64,000 bases of DNA from Kiritimatiellota bacterium (lineage in GTDB: Bacteria > Verrucomicrobiota > Kiritimatiellia > RFP12 > UBA1067): positions 11,413 through 75,412 of the forward strand of contig WRJS01000001.1 in the NCBI GenBank assembly GCA_009778475.1, read 5' to 3'. Shown in pieces: positions 8,283 through 15,885 of the stretch (positions are counted from its first letter, which is position 1; each line of letters begins with the position of its first letter). A model generated the notes under the pieces. That model saw only the letters and a program-made list of their open reading frames with translations, was not told the DNA's origin and did no database searches. Both the position numbers and the translations under genes were made by a program.

Positions 8283-9326
8283 ATGGGGACGATGCACCCT
8301 CATCCAACAGGTTCAGGTGCGCCGCGTGTGGTGGCGTGGGAGGTGACGCGGCGTTGCCCGCTGGCGTGCCGGCATTGCCGCGCCGGGGCGTGCGATGTCG
8401 CGTATGAGGGGGAGCTCACGACCGCCGAGTGTGTGCGCGTGATTGACTCGCTCGCGGCGTTCGCGCCGCCGCCGATGATCATCTGGACGGGCGGCGAGCC
8501 GATGGCGCGCGCGGACATCCTCGACCTCGTGCGCCATGCAACCGCCAAGGGCATCCGCTCGGTGATGGCGCCCTGCGGGATGATGGTGACGGCGGAGTCG
8601 CTTGCCGCGCTCAAAGACGCGGGCGTGATGGCGTGCAGTTTCAGTCTCGATGGCGCGACCGCCGCGACGCATGATGCGTTCCGTGGCGTCGATGGCGCGT
8701 TCGGGATCGTGACCCGCGCCATGGATGTCGCGGTATCAGGAGGGATGCCGTTTCAGGTGAACTGCGCGGTGTCGCAGATTAACCGCGACGAATTGCCCGC
8801 TATCCGCGACATCGCCATCGCGCGGGGCGCAAAGACGCTGGACTTGTTTTTCCTCGTGCCTGTCGGGCGCGGGCGCGACCTGCGCGACGTGTCGCTGTCG
8901 GCAGCGGACACGGAGGCGGTGTTGCGCTGGGCGTTCGCGATGGACGCGCAAGGCCCGATCCGCGTGCGAGAGACCTGCGCCCCGCAGGCCGTGCGCATCT
9001 GGCATTCGCTGGGCAAGCCGGGCGCGCGACCTGCAGGGTGCATGGGCGGTAAGGCGTTCACGTTCATCTCGCACGCGGGCATCCTCCAGCCCTGCGGTTT
9101 CCTCGATGTGCCGAGCGGCGACCTGCGTCAGCACGGTTTCGATTTCAGGCGCGCCTGCGAGGCTTCCCCCGTGTTCAAGGATCTCTCGGACCCCGGCAAC
9201 TACGGCGGATCCTGCGGCACCTGCGCATTCCGCACAGAATGCGGCGGCTGCCGTGCCCGCGCCTACGCCGCCACAGGCGACTACATGGCTGCCGAGACGA
9301 GCTGCCCGCTCAGCCGACAGGATTAA
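8283..9326 (+). CDS. Radical SAM/SPASM domain protein (AhbC/AhbD/NirJ/PqqE-like family)
   Basis: N-terminal VVAWEVTRRCPLACRHC (CxxxCxxC), GGEP, FFLVPVGRG, and a C-terminal Cys-rich block CGTCAFRTECGGC preceded by C...G....C (SPASM-like). 22 bp downstream of the 6369 gene. The stop codon lies inside a gacaggattaacagg repeat. Confidence 0.8.
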   Translation: MGTMHPHPTGSGAPRVVAWEVTRRCPLACRHCRAGACDVAYEGELTTAECVRVIDSLAAFAPPPMIIWTGGEPMARADILDLVRHATAKGIRSVMAPCGMMVTAESLAALKDAGVMACSFSLDGATAATHDAFRGVDGAFGIVTRAMDVAVSGGMPFQVNCAVSQINRDELPAIRDIAIARGAKTLDLFFLVPVGRGRDLRDVSLSAADTEAVLRWAFAMDAQGPIRVRETCAPQAVRIWHSLGKPGARPAGCMGGKAFTFISHAGILQPCGFLDVPSGDLRQHGFDFRRACEASPVFKDLSDPGNYGGSCGTCAFRTECGGCRARAYAATGDYMAAETSCPLSRQD

Positions 9327-9445
9327 CAGGGTTTTACAGAATTGATTTTTAACCACAAAGGACGCAATGGGTTGCACAATGGACACAATAGCAATGCCTT
9401 GAAAATAGTGTCCATTGTGGATTCTATTGTGTCCATTGTGGTTAA
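9316..9445. repeat. Family B interspersed element (gacaggattaacagg head + ~95-bp inverted repeat built on ccacaatggacac)
   Basis: aaccacaaaggacgcaatgggttgcacaatggacacaatag ... tgtccattgtggattctattgtgtccattgtggtt. Copies also occur at 13924-14050 and 25009-25107. Confidence 0.5.
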
Positions 9446-9559
9446 ATTCAACGGACGAATAATCTCACACAAAGGCACAAAGGTCACAAAGTGTTTTGGA
9501 CAGGATTAACAAACTCTGCGTCTTTGCGCCTCTGCGCGAGACAAAAAAAAGGAGATGCG

Positions 9560-11986
9560 ATGAGAACGATGACGCAAAACGTGTTGCTTGCGGCCTGCGC
9601 CTTGCTGGTGGCGGGTATCCTCGCGCAGGAGGCGCCCAAGGGCGTTGAGCGGGCTTGGGCGGAGATGCCGTCGGAGGTGAAGGCGGGAATCCCGAAACTT
9701 GTTCTCGTGCGGCGCAAGGGGGGGTACGGGCTGAACGGGACGAACGGGACGATGTTCTCGCGGCGCACGGGCAGGGGTTCGACGATTGAGGTGTTCGACC
9801 CGCAGAACGTGGGTGCGCCGCCGCAGGTCATCTTCGCGACGGATGAGGGGTTCGTGTGGGATTTGGATGTGTCGTGGGACGGGACGAAGATTTTGTTCAC
9901 GCACAAGACGGCGGTCAACGAGCCGTTCCACCTGTGGGAGGTCGGCGTGGACGGCACGGGCCTGCGGCAGGTCACGGACGGGCGCTGGCATGATTTCAAC
10001 GGCGTGTATTACCCAGACGGGCGCATCGTGTTCGCGTCGTCGCGGGTGGAGTCGTATTCGTACTGCCAGGACTTCCTCGCCTCGGCGATCTATGTGTGCG
10101 AGGCGGATGGCGCGGACATCCGCCGCATCGACTTCACCACGCTCTGCTCGATGAAGCCCGCCGTGATGGACGACGGCTCGATCCTCTTCACGCGCTGGGA
10201 GTATCAGGACAAGAACATCTTCATGTGGCAGGGGCTGTGGACGATCCTGCCCGACGGCCGCCAGCTGCAACTCTATTACGGCAACACCATCAACGTCCCC
10301 AACGCGCGTTACGGCGGCCGCCCCGTCCCCGGCACGGGCGACGTGCTGCTCACCATGGCGGCGCACCACTTCCCGCCCGTCGCGGACATCGCGCTCCTGA
10401 ACCGCGCGGCCGGCATCGAGGACACCAACGCCCTGCGCAAGGTCACGTTCGAGACCCCCTACTCCATCGCCGTGGGCAAGGACTTCATGCACGCCGTCTG
10501 GGGGCCCGGCGACCAGTATTTCCCGTTCTCCGTCACCGACCCCTGCCCGCTCGCGGACGGCCTCTTCCTCGCCTCCTTCGGCGACAAGGACACGAAGGCC
10601 TTCCGCCTCTGCGCCTGCCTGTACGACGGCACGCGCTACACCGTCGAGGGCGCGGGCGCGAACGTGTTCAGCGCGACGCCCCTGCGGCCGCGCCCCCTGC
10701 CGCGCACCATCGTCCGCACCGCCGCGCCGCAGCAGCCCGGCGAAGGCACGTTCTATGTGCAGGACGTGTACCGCGGCCTCGAGGAGCAGGGCGTCGCGCG
10801 CGGGCAGGTCGCGTCCCTGCGCATCATGCGCCCCCTGCCCAAGAGCCAGAACACCGAGGGCCCGCGCTTCTACGACCACTACCCGCTCATCGGCTACGGC
10901 ACTTACTACGTCAAGGAGATCCTCGGCGAAGTGCCCGTCGACGCCAGCGGCTCCGCCTACTTCACCGTGCCCTCCAACTGCGAGCTCTACTTCATCGCGC
11001 TCGACAAAGACGGCAAGGAAGTCCAGCGCATGGGGTCCGTCACGCAGATCACCACGGGCGAGAACGCCTCGTGCGTCGGCTGCCACGAGCCGCGCATGAG
11101 CTCCCCCCCCGCCGCCGCCAAGAACGACCCGCGCGCCGGCCGCGCACCCGACCCCGTCACGCCCCCGCCATGGGGCGCGGGCCCCGTCGATTACGCCACG
11201 CTCGTGCAGCCCGTGCTGGACCGCCACTGCGCCCGCTGCCACGCCGGCCCCACGCCCCCCAAGTTCCTCGACCTCTCCGGCGGCAAGACCCGCTTCTTCA
11301 GCCAGTCCTACGAGACCCTCTGCGAGCGCAAACTCATCACCTACTACTACATCAACCCCGGCCCCACCGGCGTGTTCCCCGCCCTCAAGACCGGCTCCAT
11401 GACCAGCAAGCTCACGCGCATCCTCGAGGGCAAGCACAACGACATCGATGTGCCGCCCGCAGACCGCCGCCGCATCTACGCGTGGATCGACTCCAACGTC
11501 CTCTACTACCCCACCTTCGAGATGTCGCGCCCCTACACACGCGGCGGCCGCGACGCCTGGTATTTCGTGCCGGGCGACAAGCGCGGCCGCCCCCAGCCCG
11601 AACCGTGGTTCGCCGCCTTCGACACCGCCTACGCCGCCGCCTGCGCCACCTGCCACGGCCCGCTCGCCCCCGAGGACGCCTCCGACAACTGGGGACAGAA
11701 CATCATCCCCCTCAACCGCAAGCACCAGTGGCTCAACCTCACCACCCCGCAAGACAGCCGCGCCCTCACCGCCCACCTCGCCAAAGACGCGGGCGGCTAC
11801 GGCATCCCCGGCACCCAGAAAAACAGCGACGAGAAATACCTCATCGCCACCAAAGACGACCCCGTTTACAAGGCCCTCCTCGACGCGCTCACCCAAGGCA
11901 AGGCCGCCCTCGAGAAACGCCCCCGCATGGATATGCCCGGCGCCACCCCCGTCCTTCAAGCGCGCGACTTCGGGAGGACATTCTGA
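9560..11986 (+). CDS. PD40/TolB-like beta-propeller protein with three C-terminal CxxCH heme-binding motifs (Planctomycete-cytochrome-like)
   Basis: Signal peptide MRTMTQNVLLAACALLVAGILAQ after GGAG. Propeller repeats (DGTKILFT, DGRIVFASSR, DGSILFTRWEY); CVGCHEP, CARCHAG and CATCHGP motifs. Confidence 0.65.
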   Translation: MRTMTQNVLLAACALLVAGILAQEAPKGVERAWAEMPSEVKAGIPKLVLVRRKGGYGLNGTNGTMFSRRTGRGSTIEVFDPQNVGAPPQVIFATDEGFVWDLDVSWDGTKILFTHKTAVNEPFHLWEVGVDGTGLRQVTDGRWHDFNGVYYPDGRIVFASSRVESYSYCQDFLASAIYVCEADGADIRRIDFTTLCSMKPAVMDDGSILFTRWEYQDKNIFMWQGLWTILPDGRQLQLYYGNTINVPNARYGGRPVPGTGDVLLTMAAHHFPPVADIALLNRAAGIEDTNALRKVTFETPYSIAVGKDFMHAVWGPGDQYFPFSVTDPCPLADGLFLASFGDKDTKAFRLCACLYDGTRYTVEGAGANVFSATPLRPRPLPRTIVRTAAPQQPGEGTFYVQDVYRGLEEQGVARGQVASLRIMRPLPKSQNTEGPRFYDHYPLIGYGTYYVKEILGEVPVDASGSAYFTVPSNCELYFIALDKDGKEVQRMGSVTQITTGENASCVGCHEPRMSSPPAAAKNDPRAGRAPDPVTPPPWGAGPVDYATLVQPVLDRHCARCHAGPTPPKFLDLSGGKTRFFSQSYETLCERKLITYYYINPGPTGVFPALKTGSMTSKLTRILEGKHNDIDVPPADRRRIYAWIDSNVLYYPTFEMSRPYTRGGRDAWYFVPGDKRGRPQPEPWFAAFDTAYAAACATCHGPLAPEDASDNWGQNIIPLNRKHQWLNLTTPQDSRALTAHLAKDAGGYGIPGTQKNSDEKYLIATKDDPVYKALLDALTQGKAALEKRPRMDMPGATPVLQARDFGRTF
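11947..11979. repeat. Left copy of a direct repeat flanking the R-M islet (3' end of the 9560 gene)
   Basis: ccccgtccttcaagcgcgcgacttcgggaggac, encoding PVLQARDFGR. A second copy at 13887-13919 encodes the same peptide plus a stop. Confidence 0.6.
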
Positions 11987-12009
11987 GAAAAGCCTATATC
12001 CGTAAGGGC

Positions 12010-12038
12010 TTGTACCTTTACCCCAAAACTCCTATACT
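12010..12038 (+). promoter_or_regulatory. Sigma70-like promoter TTGTAC-17-TATACT inside the low-GC islet
   Basis: TTGTAC at 12010-12015, 17-nt spacer, TATACT at 12033-12038, upstream of the 12074 ATG. Confidence 0.45.
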
Positions 12039-12073
12039 GTGCTTTATGGATTTTACGAGAAGATGGAATAATT

Positions 12074-13243
12074 ATGGGATACGAATCGGTTGATAAATTG
12101 CAGAGCGTTTTGGCGCATGAGGTGTTCAGCCATACAAAAGACCCGAAAAAGGCCGCTGGCAGGGCTTTGGGGACGTTGGTCGAGATTATCACCTATTACT
12201 TGCTGAAAACATGGGGGCTTAACGATAGCGTCTCCATCGAAAGAGGGCTTGCTGAATATGGGAACCCTGCGATAAACCACAATGTTGAATACTCGCTTCA
12301 CCCTGTGGCGCGAAGTGTTTTTCTTGCCATAGAGGCCGCAGGACAATCAATAACCTCAAACGCAATCCTCAAAGCATTGAGGCCAACAGGTTTTAATCTC
12401 ATCGGCTTTGAGAGGAAAAACAATCAACTCATCAGCAACAACATACTCCGAAACGCCTGTACTATAGCGACCTCTGAAAATTCATTCCTGCTCTGCAGTA
12501 TAATGTCTCGCTCGGGGAGTAAATGGGTTTTGCATATTTATGAACAAAGCAAGCAACCTTACGCCATGATTGAATGCAAGCGCGTTGGCGTTGAGGAGGG
12601 CATGACAAAAGGCCCGCAAACCATCGAAAAGGCAAAGCAGGGAGCGTATGTAGCACGTATGACCTCTTCTTTGCAAAAAATACGTTCTGAAAGTGGCGAG
12701 ATGCAGGGTATCATATACAAGTCCGACGGATCGCACATCATCAAGCCGTATGTGGACTTAATGGAAGAGGTCGTCATGTCCTCCGACAAGGAATTATTGC
12801 GGAAGTTCATCCTCTCCATCGGCGTGGTCAGTAATCACGGGAATTGGATAAAAAAATCGTCAAGTGGTATCTTGGATTTCAGCGAGGAGAATTTCCAGAA
12901 AGAGCTTTTGGTCTTGGCCCAATCTTATGACTGGCTACTTTTTTTGACAGACAAGGGACTCTCTGATTTTATTGACAAACTATTGCTTCGTCCTGTTCCT
13001 AAGTTGAAAATTTTGCGAGACACGTTCTTATCCAGCTACACGGAAAGTAAACGGAAAAACCAATTCACAAAAGTCCAAATGAATATCCAAGCGGATGCCC
13101 TTCTGTTAGCGTATTTTCACAAAAACCGTTCAGCGGTTGAAGGCTGGTTCAACATCATATCACCCTCTCGGAAGAGCCTTTCTGAGCTCAAGGCAAGTCT
13201 GGAAAAGTTACGTAAGAAAAACTGGGAGACGATTTTGTCATGA
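12074..13243 (+). CDS. Putative restriction endonuclease (PD-(D/E)xK-like; unassigned family), part of a low-GC R-M cassette
   Basis: Low-GC ORF with an IYEQ...IECK motif (E-x-K candidate), translationally coupled (ATGA) to a downstream N6A methyltransferase. No recognisable housekeeping homology. Confidence 0.45.
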   Translation: MGYESVDKLQSVLAHEVFSHTKDPKKAAGRALGTLVEIITYYLLKTWGLNDSVSIERGLAEYGNPAINHNVEYSLHPVARSVFLAIEAAGQSITSNAILKALRPTGFNLIGFERKNNQLISNNILRNACTIATSENSFLLCSIMSRSGSKWVLHIYEQSKQPYAMIECKRVGVEEGMTKGPQTIEKAKQGAYVARMTSSLQKIRSESGEMQGIIYKSDGSHIIKPYVDLMEEVVMSSDKELLRKFILSIGVVSNHGNWIKKSSSGILDFSEENFQKELLVLAQSYDWLLFLTDKGLSDFIDKLLLRPVPKLKILRDTFLSSYTESKRKNQFTKVQMNIQADALLLAYFHKNRSAVEGWFNIISPSRKSLSELKASLEKLRKKNWETILS

Positions 13244-13863
13244 GCGCGGGAAGAACCATCAACACGCAAAGCCAGAGCTGGGGTACGCCACAAAAATATG
13301 TGGATGCCGTGAAAGAGATGTTCGGCGGGCATATCGATTTAGACCCGTGTTCAAATGAACACTCTATTGTCGGGGCAAACGTTGAATACATCCTACCGGA
13401 ACATGACGGGCTTCGGGAGAGTTGGGATTATCCCACAATCTATGTGAATCCGCCATACGGGATAGACAAGGAGCGCGGGACATCCATCAAAAACTGGCTG
13501 GCAAAATGCGCGTTTGCGCATGACTATTATGACTCGGAGGTTTTGGCACTGGTGCCGATTGCCGCAAACACAACACACTGGAAAAAATTCGTTTTCACTA
13601 AGGCCGTGTCCATTTGTTTCCTGTACGACACAAGGCTTCGTTTTTTAGAGAACGGAAAAGATGTGGGCAAGGGCGCTCCAATGGCTTGCGCCATCATCTA
13701 TTGGGGAAGAGACAAAAAAAGATTTTATGATGTGTTTATCAAACATGGCGCGGTTGTTGACATCTCCAATCTGATAGGGGAAAAGATTGGGGCCGACCGA
13801 AACAAACACGATTTGTTTTCATGGCACGAAGAAACATTTTCAACAAGAGAGGAGCGGGCTTGA
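13240..13863 (+). CDS. DNA N6-adenine methyltransferase, phage Dam-like family (PF05869-type)
   Basis: W.TP motif (QSWGTPQKY), HIDLDPCS, and catalytic IYVNPPYG (NPPY). Start ATG overlaps the upstream stop (ATGA). Confidence 0.7.
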   Translation: MSAGRTINTQSQSWGTPQKYVDAVKEMFGGHIDLDPCSNEHSIVGANVEYILPEHDGLRESWDYPTIYVNPPYGIDKERGTSIKNWLAKCAFAHDYYDSEVLALVPIAANTTHWKKFVFTKAVSICFLYDTRLRFLENGKDVGKGAPMACAIIYWGRDKKRFYDVFIKHGAVVDISNLIGEKIGADRNKHDLFSWHEETFSTREERA

Positions 13864-13886
13864 AAACCATCTTCTCCCGCACAATC

Positions 13887-13919
13887 CCCGTCCTTCAGGC
13901 ACGCGACTTCGGGAGGACT
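13887..13919. repeat. Right copy of the direct repeat flanking the R-M islet
   Basis: ccccgtccttcaggcacgcgacttcgggaggac followed by tttttga. In-frame it still reads IPVLQARDFGRTF-stop; all differences from the left copy are synonymous. Confidence 0.6.
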
Positions 13920-13923
13920 TTTT

Positions 13924-14050
13924 GACAGGATTAACAGGATTTGCAGGATTGTTTTTTCACCACAATAGACACAATGGGTTTCACAATAGACACAATAGTG
14001 ACGTCTTGAAAATAGTGTCCATTGTGCATTCCATAGTGTCTATTGTGGTT
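13924..14050. repeat. Family B interspersed element copy 2
   Basis: gacaggattaacaggatttgcaggattg, then ccacaatagacacaatggg...tgtccattgtgcattccatagtgtctattgtgg. Confidence 0.5.
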
Positions 14051-14112
14051 AAATCAAAACGGATTTCATGCGGCACGTCGCCGCATTTCACACACACAGG
14101 AGGAACACTGAG

Positions 14113-15273
14113 ATGACAAACTTCGTATGGCACAACCCCGTTAAACTCGTATTCGGCAAAGGCACCATCGCCGAGCTCCCGAACCTCATCCCCGCCGGGA
14201 CGAAAATCATGCTGGCCTACGGCGGCGGCTCCATCAAGGCCAACGGCGTGTACGACCAGGCCCGCGCCGCGCTCGCCGCCTACGACATCACCGAATTCGG
14301 CGGCATCGAACCCAACCCCCGCTACGAGACCTGCATGAAGGCCGCCGCGATCGTCAAGCAAAACGGCATCGGCTTCCTGCTCGCGGTCGGCGGCGGCTCC
14401 GTCCTCGACGCCACCAAATTCATCGCCGTCGCCGCCCTCTACGACGCGGGCGACCCGTGGGACATCATGGAAGGCCGCAAGCCCGTCGAGCGCGCCCTGC
14501 CGCTCGCCACCGTGCTGACCCTCCCCGCCACCGGCTCCGAGACCAACACCTTCGCCGTCATCTCCCGCGACGCCACCGGCGAGAAACTCGCCTTCGGCTC
14601 ACCGCACGTCTATCCCCAGTTCGCCATCCTCGACCCCGAGACCACGCGCTCGCTCCCCCTGCGCCAAGTCGAGAACGGCATCATCGACACCTGGGCCCAC
14701 GTCATGGAGCAATACATGTGCGCCACCGACCACTCCGCCCTCACCCTGCGCCAGTCCGAGGCCGTGCTCAAGACCCTCATCGAGCTCGCCCCCAAGGTCA
14801 AGGCCGACCCCGCCGACTACACCACCCGCGCCGAGCTCATGTGGTGCGCGACCGTCGGCCTCAACGGCTCGCTCGGCCTCGGAGCCGCCGCGCAGGACTG
14901 GGCCACGCACATGATCGGCCACGAGCTCACCGCCCTCTACGGCATCGACCACGGCCGCACGCTCGCGGTCATCATGCCCGCCGTGCACCGCTTCCAGATC
15001 ACGCGCAAGCAGCCGCGCCTCGCGCAATGCGCCGCCCGCGTCTGGCACATCACGCAAGGCGACGACGCCACCCGCGCCGCGCAGGCCATCGAGCGCGAGC
15101 AGGCATTCTTCCAATCCGTCGGCGTCCCCACCACGCTGTCCGCCTACAACATCGACGCCGCCGACGCCGCCCGGCAAGTCGCCGCCCGCCTCGCCGCCCG
15201 CAACGCCAAGCTCGGCGAATACGGCGACCTCGGCGAGGACGAGGTCCGCGCCATCATCGCCCTCGCGCAATGA
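14113..15273 (+). CDS. Iron-containing alcohol dehydrogenase (butanol/propanediol dehydrogenase-like)
   Basis: AGGAGG RBS 9 nt upstream. GGGS(I/V)(L/M)D motif (AVGGGSVLDATK), HxxxH metal site (HMIGHELTALYGIDHG), 386 aa. Confidence 0.85.
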   Translation: MTNFVWHNPVKLVFGKGTIAELPNLIPAGTKIMLAYGGGSIKANGVYDQARAALAAYDITEFGGIEPNPRYETCMKAAAIVKQNGIGFLLAVGGGSVLDATKFIAVAALYDAGDPWDIMEGRKPVERALPLATVLTLPATGSETNTFAVISRDATGEKLAFGSPHVYPQFAILDPETTRSLPLRQVENGIIDTWAHVMEQYMCATDHSALTLRQSEAVLKTLIELAPKVKADPADYTTRAELMWCATVGLNGSLGLGAAAQDWATHMIGHELTALYGIDHGRTLAVIMPAVHRFQITRKQPRLAQCAARVWHITQGDDATRAAQAIEREQAFFQSVGVPTTLSAYNIDAADAARQVAARLAARNAKLGEYGDLGEDEVRAIIALAQ

Positions 15274-15310
15274 ACGGATGAAAATTTTTCCACGCCGCGC
15301 ATTCCGGCAC

Positions 15311-15339
15311 TTGACATTTCCGCGCCAATCCGTGATACT
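15311..15339 (+). promoter_or_regulatory. Candidate sigma70 promoter TTGACA-17-GATACT with a ~100-nt leader before the 15441 gene
   Basis: TTGACA at 15311-15316, 17-nt spacer, GATACT at 15334-15339. GGAGG RBS at ~15428-15433. Confidence 0.4.
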
Positions 15340-15440
15340 ATACACCCAATGAATGACGCTAACAGCAGGCTTGCTTCCTGTGAGGTACAGGGCGGTACGG
15401 CTCCTGTAAAGTGTTGTCGATAGTGAGTGGAGGTTTTGTG

Positions 15441-15713
15441 ATGAAGAAATGTTTGGTTATCGGCGCGGTGTTGCTCGCGATGGCTGCCTCGACAGCGGTT
15501 GCGGCCGAGAAGGAGAAGGGGGGCCTCATGGGTGGCCTGTACGGTTGCTGCTTCGGGATGCGCGGCGCGGCGGCCTATAATGACGGTCTGCGCGCACCCG
15601 CGATGGAGTGGATTGACACATTGCTGCTGTGGCGCATCTATTCTGTGATCCTCGGTTACCAAGGCACAACATCGGCCGACTTGCGTAAAGAGTACGGCGA
15701 CCAGTGCTATTGA
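15441..15713 (+). CDS. Small secreted protein (90 aa; Gly/Cys-rich GGLMGGLYGCCFG motif), hypothetical
   Basis: Signal peptide MKKCLVIGAVLLAMAASTAVAA; RBS-supported ATG. Lies directly upstream of the giant PA14 protein gene. Confidence 0.5.
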   Translation: MKKCLVIGAVLLAMAASTAVAAEKEKGGLMGGLYGCCFGMRGAAAYNDGLRAPAMEWIDTLLLWRIYSVILGYQGTTSADLRKEYGDQCY

Positions 15714-15885
15714 GGAAAATTAGGAATTAGAAAACAGGGATGAGAAATCGGGTTGGCATTTGCCTCCCTGATTTCTCATTTTCTGTTTCTCATTTCTAAT
15801 TTATTTTATTGCCTTCCCCGCGCTTTAAGGTATATCATTATTTACATCGTTGGAAATGTGAACGGTCAAAAAAGTGAGGTGTGTT

